From Candidatus Anstonellales archaeon (lineage in GTDB: Archaea > Micrarchaeota > Micrarchaeia > Anstonellales > J096): a stretch of DNA of 64,000 nt. The stretch is taken from the NCBI GenBank assembly GCA_038890745.1, contig JAWAFD010000003.1, forward strand, positions 1-64,000, in the 5' to 3' direction. The position numbers and the translations under genes were made by a program. Numbering within the stretch: the stretch's first letter is position 1; each line of letters starts with the position of its first letter. Below are positions 58,438 to 64,000 of the stretch, piece after piece. The notes below the pieces were generated by a model. It did no database searches and was not told where the DNA came from. It was given only the letters and a program-made list of their open reading frames with translations.

Positions 58438-58512
58438 CTACCTTACCATGATGTAAGCGAGAATAAGTACAATGCCAACAAGCCCAATGTAAAAAACAAC
58501 CTCTTCTGGCAT
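58438..58512 (-). CDS. 24-aa single-TM small protein
   Basis: MPEEVVFYIGLVGIVLILAYIMVR*; AAAAGG-TTAATAA about 25-30 nt upstream. Confidence 0.5.
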   Translation of the reverse strand: MPEEVVFYIGLVGIVLILAYIMVR

Positions 58513-58550
58513 GATTTGATTTTTAAACACTTGTTTTTATTAACCTTTTG

Positions 58551-59636
58551 ATGAAGCTCGCGATTATAGGGGACACGCATTTTGGGTATTACAGGTTTGA
58601 AGAGGACGGATACAGGCAGGGAGAAGAGGCTCTTCTTAAAGCAAGCGAAATGGCAGACATCATAATCCATACAGGGGATATGTTTGATGCGCGGGTTCCA
58701 AGGTTGGAGGTGATAAACCGCGCAATAGCTATACTGAAAAAAGTAAAAAAACCAGTATTCGTAATCCACGGAAACCATGAGAGAAGAACGAAGGGGCAGA
58801 CAAATGTTCTTGAACTCTTTGATTCTATGGGTCTGCTGAAGTATGTTCACAACGATGTTTTTTCATTAGGGAATGTATCCATCTTGGGAATAGGAAGCGT
58901 CCCTGAGGATATGGCGGTGCATGCGATACAGAAATCAATTTCTATGAATATTGGGAAGATGGGCGGTTTCAGAATACTTGTAATCCATCAATCCATTTCG
59001 GACCTTGGATATGGCGGATATGATCTGGATTTGGATTTTTTAGAAAAATTGCCCTTTGACCTTATAGTGAATGGCCATCTACATAAGGCAGGGGTTTTTT
59101 TGGGTGGAAAACTTATCATTCCGGGAAGCACGGTTGTTACTCAGTTAAGGGAGGATGAGTCGGATAAAAGAGGATTCTATATCTATGATACCGAAACAAA
59201 AAATTCAGATTTCGTAGAGATATCAGCAAGGCCGTTTTTTATTGAAAATATTGAATTCAACGGTGAAGGGATAGAGGAAGCAAGAAAAAGAATAATAGAA
59301 GTATTCGAAAAAATAAAAAAACAAAACCATGATGCAATAGTCAAGGTAAAACTTACAGGGAGGTTGAAGGAAGGGCTTCGTTCATCAGATTTTTCTTTTG
59401 ATTCAATGGGCGACTTGTTTATTCAAAACAACATGGAGGAAAAGAGTTTCGGAGAGAGAATAAGGGAGATACAGGATCTCAGGCAGGAGAAAATGAGCGT
59501 GAGGGAGAGGATCATGAGCGAAATAGCAAAACAACTTGAGGGAAAAATCTCATTTTCCCCATCTGAGATGTTTGAGCTTCTTTCCGAGGATCCGGAAAGA
59601 GCTTACGAGAAGATAATAAAAGAAGCAAGAGGGTGA
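58551..59636 (+). CDS. mre11: Mre11 DNA repair nuclease
   Basis: GDTHFG, GDMFD, HGNHE, HQ, GHLH, PGS motifs plus capping domain. Confidence 0.85.
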   Translation: MKLAIIGDTHFGYYRFEEDGYRQGEEALLKASEMADIIIHTGDMFDARVPRLEVINRAIAILKKVKKPVFVIHGNHERRTKGQTNVLELFDSMGLLKYVHNDVFSLGNVSILGIGSVPEDMAVHAIQKSISMNIGKMGGFRILVIHQSISDLGYGGYDLDLDFLEKLPFDLIVNGHLHKAGVFLGGKLIIPGSTVVTQLREDESDKRGFYIYDTETKNSDFVEISARPFFIENIEFNGEGIEEARKRIIEVFEKIKKQNHDAIVKVKLTGRLKEGLRSSDFSFDSMGDLFIQNNMEEKSFGERIREIQDLRQEKMSVRERIMSEIAKQLEGKISFSPSEMFELLSEDPERAYEKIIKEARG

Positions 59637-59640
59637 GAGA

Positions 59641-60357
59641 ATGATTGGTGTAATCGGTGGGTCTGGGTTTTATGAATTGGCAAAAAATATCGTGAGGAAA
59701 AAAGTACCAACGCCGTACGGAAGTGTTTTTGCGCACATAGCTAAAATAGGTGGAAAAGAGGTTGCATTCATCCCAAGGCATGGAGAGAAGCATGAGATCC
59801 CACCGCACAAAGTAAACTACAGGGCAAATGTTTGGGCTCTTGAATCTTTAGGGGTAAGCTGTGCGTTTACAACATATGCAAGCGGGGTGATATCGAAATA
59901 CAAACCAGGCGATCTAATTATTTTAGACGATATAATAAGTTTTTTTACGCATGAAACTTTTTTTGATAGTTTTGAGGACAACATACATCACACAGATGTG
60001 AGCGAACCTTTTAATAAAAAACTTCAAGGATATGTACTGGAAGGGGCTGCAATCCATGGTATCAAGCTGAAAAAAGGCGGTATAATAGCAACAACCATGG
60101 GTCCGAGGTATGAAACCCCCGCTGAGATAAGAGCGCTGAGAAGACTTGGCGCAAACCTAGTTTGTATGACAGCAGGCCATGAGGTCCCGCTGTTTGCCGA
60201 AGCAGAAATCCCATTGGTAAGCATAGCTGTTGGGACAAACCTTGCCGCCGGTCTTTCCGGCAAAAAACTTAGTCATCAAGAGGTTGTTGATATGATGATA
60301 AAGAAAACCAATGAAATAAAACTAATATTAAAAGAGTTTGTGAATTTTGTTGATTAG
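59641..60357 (+). CDS. mtnP: MTAP-family purine nucleoside phosphorylase
   Basis: IGGSG, TPYG, RHG, NYRAN, GPRYETPAE. Confidence 0.9.
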   Translation: MIGVIGGSGFYELAKNIVRKKVPTPYGSVFAHIAKIGGKEVAFIPRHGEKHEIPPHKVNYRANVWALESLGVSCAFTTYASGVISKYKPGDLIILDDIISFFTHETFFDSFEDNIHHTDVSEPFNKKLQGYVLEGAAIHGIKLKKGGIIATTMGPRYETPAEIRALRRLGANLVCMTAGHEVPLFAEAEIPLVSIAVGTNLAAGLSGKKLSHQEVVDMMIKKTNEIKLILKEFVNFVD

Positions 60358-60367
60358 AATGAAAAGT

Positions 60368-61141
60368 TTAAAAACGCGTGTTTTTTAGTTTTGCGTAAGC
60401 CTCCTCAACACTCGCTATTCTCCCTAGCTTCATTTTTTTGCTCAGCTGAACAATCTGGGGAGGTTCTATTCCGTATTTTTCAATATCCTTGTATAAAACA
60501 TCTCTTGTTTTTCCATCAAAAATTTTCCTTCCGCTGTCCATGAGTATTATCCGATCGCAGTTTCTGGAGATAAATTCTATATCATGGGATATCACAATTA
60601 TGGTGTGGTTTCCTCTAATTTCGCTTATTAGGTTTTCCACTCTCATAATCCCGCCGGGATCCTGGCCTGTTGTTGGCTCATCGAATATTATTACTTTAGG
60701 CTGCATCGCAATTATTGAAGCAATTCCAACAAGCTTTCTAAGATTATAGCTAAAATCATATGGGTTTTTATCCCGTATCTCCCACAGCCCCATAATTTTC
60801 AAGGCCCACTCCACGTCCCCCCGCCCGACCTGCTTAACCCCAAACCTTACCTCCTCTTCTATTGTTTTGCTGAATATCTGTTCATCAGGATTCTGGAAAA
60901 TGTAACCCACAAGCGATGCCATTTCGTACGGTTCTTTTTTTGAAACATCCACTCCAGCTATTATTACTTTTCCCCTTGTCGGCTTAAGGAGCGCGTTGAA
61001 GTGCTTCACAAGGGTGGTTTTTCCAGAGCCGTTCTGGCCTATTATTCCAACTATCTCATTTTCTTTTATTCTCAGCGAAACATCTTTCACCGCAGCAACG
61101 CCGTTTTCATAAACATGACTTAGGCTATTGACCTCTATCAT
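60368..61141 (-). CDS. ECF transporter ATPase
   Basis: GQNGSGKT, FQNPDEQIF, DEPTTGQD. Confidence 0.9.
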   Translation of the reverse strand: MIEVNSLSHVYENGVAAVKDVSLRIKENEIVGIIGQNGSGKTTLVKHFNALLKPTRGKVIIAGVDVSKKEPYEMASLVGYIFQNPDEQIFSKTIEEEVRFGVKQVGRGDVEWALKIMGLWEIRDKNPYDFSYNLRKLVGIASIIAMQPKVIIFDEPTTGQDPGGIMRVENLISEIRGNHTIIVISHDIEFISRNCDRIILMDSGRKIFDGKTRDVLYKDIEKYGIEPPQIVQLSKKMKLGRIASVEEAYAKLKNTRF

Positions 61142-61143
61142 CT

Positions 61144-61983
61144 TTATTCCCTCCTTTTGATTCGCCCAACAAACTCTTCAACATCGACCGCATTCCTTCC
61201 GCTCCATTTTCCCGCTTTCTTCATCTTTTCGCTCAGCTCAGTAATCGGCAATGGAATCATTCCATTTTTTTTCAGAAACTCTGCATCAGCAAGAATATCT
61301 TTCGGTTTTCCCTCTCTTAAAATTTTTCCGTCGCGCATGACAACGACCCTATCTGCTCTTTTTGCTATCTCCTTGAATTTGTGCGAAACAAATATTGTTG
61401 TAATATTCCGTTCTTTCCTTAGTTTATCTATTGTTTCCAGCACCATTCTTGTTCCGTATGGGTCGAGATGGCCTGTTGGTTCATCCAGTATGAGTACTTT
61501 TGGCTTGAGCACTAGCACAGAGGCAAGCGCAACCTTCTGCTGCTGCCCTCCGCTCAGCTCGTAAGGAGAGTGTGTTCTCATTTTCCAAAGCCCAAGGGTC
61601 TTAAGCGCCTCCTCCACCCTTTTCTTCATTTCTTCCCTTTCAACTCCTCTGTTTTCCAGCCCAAAAGCAACCTCCTCCTCTACGCTCGTTCCGTATCCTG
61701 TGAGCTGGGCGAGCGGGTTTTGGAAGACATACGCAACATGCTCGGCAAGCTTGGCTGGTTTTGCCCTTCTCGCATTTATTCCGCAAACCATTACTTTCCC
61801 TTTCTGCCTGCATGGAAGCATGCGTGGGTATATCCCTATTATTGAATAGCAAAGCTCTGTTTTCCCACTTCCCGTAGGCCCAGTTATGGCTACAAATTCC
61901 CCTTCCCTTACAGAAAGGCTTATGTTATCAAGAATTTTTTTGCCACCGGCCCACAAAGAATAATTCTCTATTTTTATTATCAT
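61144..61983 (-). CDS. ECF transporter ATPase
   Basis: GPTGSGKT, FQNP, LSGGQQQ, DEPT. Confidence 0.9.
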   Translation of the reverse strand: MIIKIENYSLWAGGKKILDNISLSVREGEFVAITGPTGSGKTELCYSIIGIYPRMLPCRQKGKVMVCGINARRAKPAKLAEHVAYVFQNPLAQLTGYGTSVEEEVAFGLENRGVEREEMKKRVEEALKTLGLWKMRTHSPYELSGGQQQKVALASVLVLKPKVLILDEPTGHLDPYGTRMVLETIDKLRKERNITTIFVSHKFKEIAKRADRVVVMRDGKILREGKPKDILADAEFLKKNGMIPLPITELSEKMKKAGKWSGRNAVDVEEFVGRIKRRE

Positions 61984-62744
61984 ACTGCCATCACCATAAG
62001 GGAGATGTTCAGAATAACAGAAACCGCAAGGGCCAGCTTATCGCTCATTCTGAAATCAACAACATGATAGTGCGTTTTCTTTCCTTCTATGCTAAGCCCT
62101 CTTACCTCGAATGCAATCGCCCTTTCAAATGTTTCCACAACACTTCCGATTATTACCGGCCCGAGAAGCGGGATGTATGCTTTAAATCTATCCCCCAGGC
62201 TCCCCTTTATCCTCAACCCCCTCGCCATCTGCGCCTCAAGCACCTTATTCGCTTTTGTATACATTAACGGAATTATCTGCAAGCCCGCATTCAGGAAAAA
62301 ACCAAGTTTATAAGGCATTCCGAATTCTGCGAACGCAGCTGAAAGCTTCGCCGGGTTGGTTGTGAAAATAAAAAGAAAGAATGAGGAAACAAGAGCGCAT
62401 ATTTTGGAGAGCATCAAAAAACTGAATTCGATTCCCTGAACATATAATTTAATGCCGAAAAGTTCTATAGTTTCTTCTCCGCCCAGTGGAGCGAAGTATG
62501 CGTGCATGATCAGCAAACTTATTCCTATAGGAACTATGAACACAAGAAGGCTTTTGAAAAAAATGCCCCCAACCCTTCCTGCAAAAGCAAATACGATCAT
62601 GAAAGCAAAAAATAAAAGCGGAACAAAAGGAGTCTTTGAAACAAAGAAAAGAACAAAAGCAAAAAAAAGCCAGACTATCTTAACGCCGGGATGCATGCGG
62701 TGGATTGAGGTTTCCTTCTCCACAAAGCTTGCAAAAACAACCAT
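61980..62744 (-). CDS. ECF transporter T component
   Basis: AQMARG and FEVRG motifs. Confidence 0.9.
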   Translation of the reverse strand: MVVFASFVEKETSIHRMHPGVKIVWLFFAFVLFFVSKTPFVPLLFFAFMIVFAFAGRVGGIFFKSLLVFIVPIGISLLIMHAYFAPLGGEETIELFGIKLYVQGIEFSFLMLSKICALVSSFFLFIFTTNPAKLSAAFAEFGMPYKLGFFLNAGLQIIPLMYTKANKVLEAQMARGLRIKGSLGDRFKAYIPLLGPVIIGSVVETFERAIAFEVRGLSIEGKKTHYHVVDFRMSDKLALAVSVILNISLMVMAV

Positions 62745-62771
62745 AAAAATCAAAAACAAAAAGAAGAGAAT

Positions 62772-63368
62772 TTATTGTATGTATTTTTTGGGCATTGAGT
62801 TCGCTATCCAAAGTATGATATACAGGCTAAGTATCTTGTCTATGAAATCAGTCACGAACTCTCCTAGGGCAACCGCAATCCAAAGCATTAAAGCATTCCC
62901 GTGTACCTCAGCACCCTGGAACCCCAAATACACATACGCAACAGCATCTGCTCCTGAACCAGTAACTCCTCCAAACAGCATTACTGTTATTGGCACTGAG
63001 AGAACAGTAGCGACTATTGCTATCAAAAACCCAGCAAAAGCTATCTTTTTCCAGTCGCTTTTGAGCGTAATAAAACCTGTTCTGTACAGATATCCGGTCA
63101 CGAGACCTATTGCAATGTTTACTATTGCGTATGGACCTGCTACCGGGTCAAACGTAACCCATTTGATTAAATTCGTCAGCCCTCCAGCAACAGCAGCAGC
63201 CCAGGGGCCCACGAGCACAGCAACAAGCATCGTCCCTATCGTATCCAGCCATACTGGCAATTTCAGTGTTGCCGCAAACCATCCACCAACCCAGTTTACA
63301 CCTATTGCAAGGATGATCAGCGCTATTCCAAAAACGCTGAACTCCTCCAATACTCCTTTTCCCTTCAT
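62772..63368 (-). CDS. ECF S component, probably nucleoside-specific
   Basis: LPVWLDTIGT, GGVTGSG and DKI; flanked by nucleoside phosphorylases. Confidence 0.75.
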   Translation of the reverse strand: MKGKGVLEEFSVFGIALIILAIGVNWVGGWFAATLKLPVWLDTIGTMLVAVLVGPWAAAVAGGLTNLIKWVTFDPVAGPYAIVNIAIGLVTGYLYRTGFITLKSDWKKIAFAGFLIAIVATVLSVPITVMLFGGVTGSGADAVAYVYLGFQGAEVHGNALMLWIAVALGEFVTDFIDKILSLYIILWIANSMPKKYIQ

Positions 63369-64000
63369 TCTATCCCCTCCTCATAATTTTTTATGATTTT
63401 TACCGCATCAAGGGCGGTTTTTATCTCTCTTTTTTCACCTTCCATTCTTCTTTTTTCATGGTGAGCATAAGCATCTACGCCCCTTCTCACATCCACCATA
63501 AATTCATCAACAATATTCAACACGGAGCCAGCCTTAATTCCTTTTAGTTTTGATAGCACGAATAGAACAGATGTTTCCATATCGCTTGCTATCACCCCAT
63601 ACCTGCTCCAGTATTTCTGCCACTCTTTGTTGTACGGAACATAAAAGGAATCATGGCTTCTGATTATTCCAGAGTGGAATCTTACTTTGTTTTTTTTCGC
63701 AGCCGCAACCAAAGCAGAATAAACCTCATAATCCGGAATGGCAGGGTAGTTTTCGTCAACATACAAAGAAGAGGTTCCCTCCTCCCTCACAGCTCCTTCT
63801 GGAATCACCAGTTCCCCAACCCTCATTTTATTCTGCAGTGCTCCGCACGAGCCGACCCTTATCAGCACCTTTGCCCCTATACTTGCAAGCTCTTCAACAA
63901 CAATCGCCATCGCTGGCGCGCCTATTCCTGTTGAAACCGCGCTTACCTTTATCCCATCATAATAGCCAGTGATTGTTTTGAACTCTCTATTGTATTTTAC
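63365..64000 (-). CDS. udp: Uridine/purine nucleoside phosphorylase (5' end outside window)
   Basis: REF, STGIGAP, IRVGSCG, REEGTS, HDSFY, DMETS. Confidence 0.88.
   Translation of the reverse strand, partial: VKYNREFKTITGYYDGIKVSAVSTGIGAPAMAIVVEELASIGAKVLIRVGSCGALQNKMRVGELVIPEGAVREEGTSSLYVDENYPAIPDYEVYSALVAAAKKNKVRFHSGIIRSHDSFYVPYNKEWQKYWSRYGVIASDMETSVLFVLSKLKGIKAGSVLNIVDEFMVDVRRGVDAYAHHEKRRMEGEKREIKTALDAVKIIKNYEEGIE

Noticed and set aside
62452..63396. 314-aa plus-strand ORF and similar long antisense ORFs (e.g. 1349-2161, 19975-20583)
   Set aside because: Antisense shadows of well-supported genes, with no motifs

Overview
Archaeal chromosomal window. A DPANN-type lineage, most likely Micrarchaeota, is inferred from the divergent, unlinked 16S gene and the gene content; no database search was run. 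The backbone is archaeal housekeeping: Alba, ABCE1, L7Ae/S28e/L24e, S15/S3Ae, NAC, Dph2, Hjc, HerA, Mre11, XPF, RtcB, PurH, Mvk, two ECF transporters and two tRNAs. Three regions stand out. (1) A 16S rRNA gene (13667-16435) is split by five bulge-helix-bulge (BHB)-type introns. Two are near-identical 45-nt hairpin introns at unrelated sites and one is a 20-nt micro-intron. A 796-nt intron encodes an HTH plus PD-(D/E)XK-like nuclease rather than a LAGLIDADG enzyme. A 370-nt intron holds a frameshifted relative of that nuclease, whose stop codon forms only at the intron circle junction. (2) An AT-rich type III-A CRISPR-Cas island (20601-35518) has a Csx1-Crn2 ring-nuclease fusion, a Csa3-like regulator, a Cas4 lacking Fe-S cysteines, a motif shared by three promoters, and a 61-repeat array. 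Several spacers are antisense to translation starts, and three hit one evolving foreign gene. (3) A mosaic of GC-rich hairpin modules lies downstream of tRNA-Ile (57785-58302), with an inverted copy of one module near position 240. All alignments and folds were done by eye.
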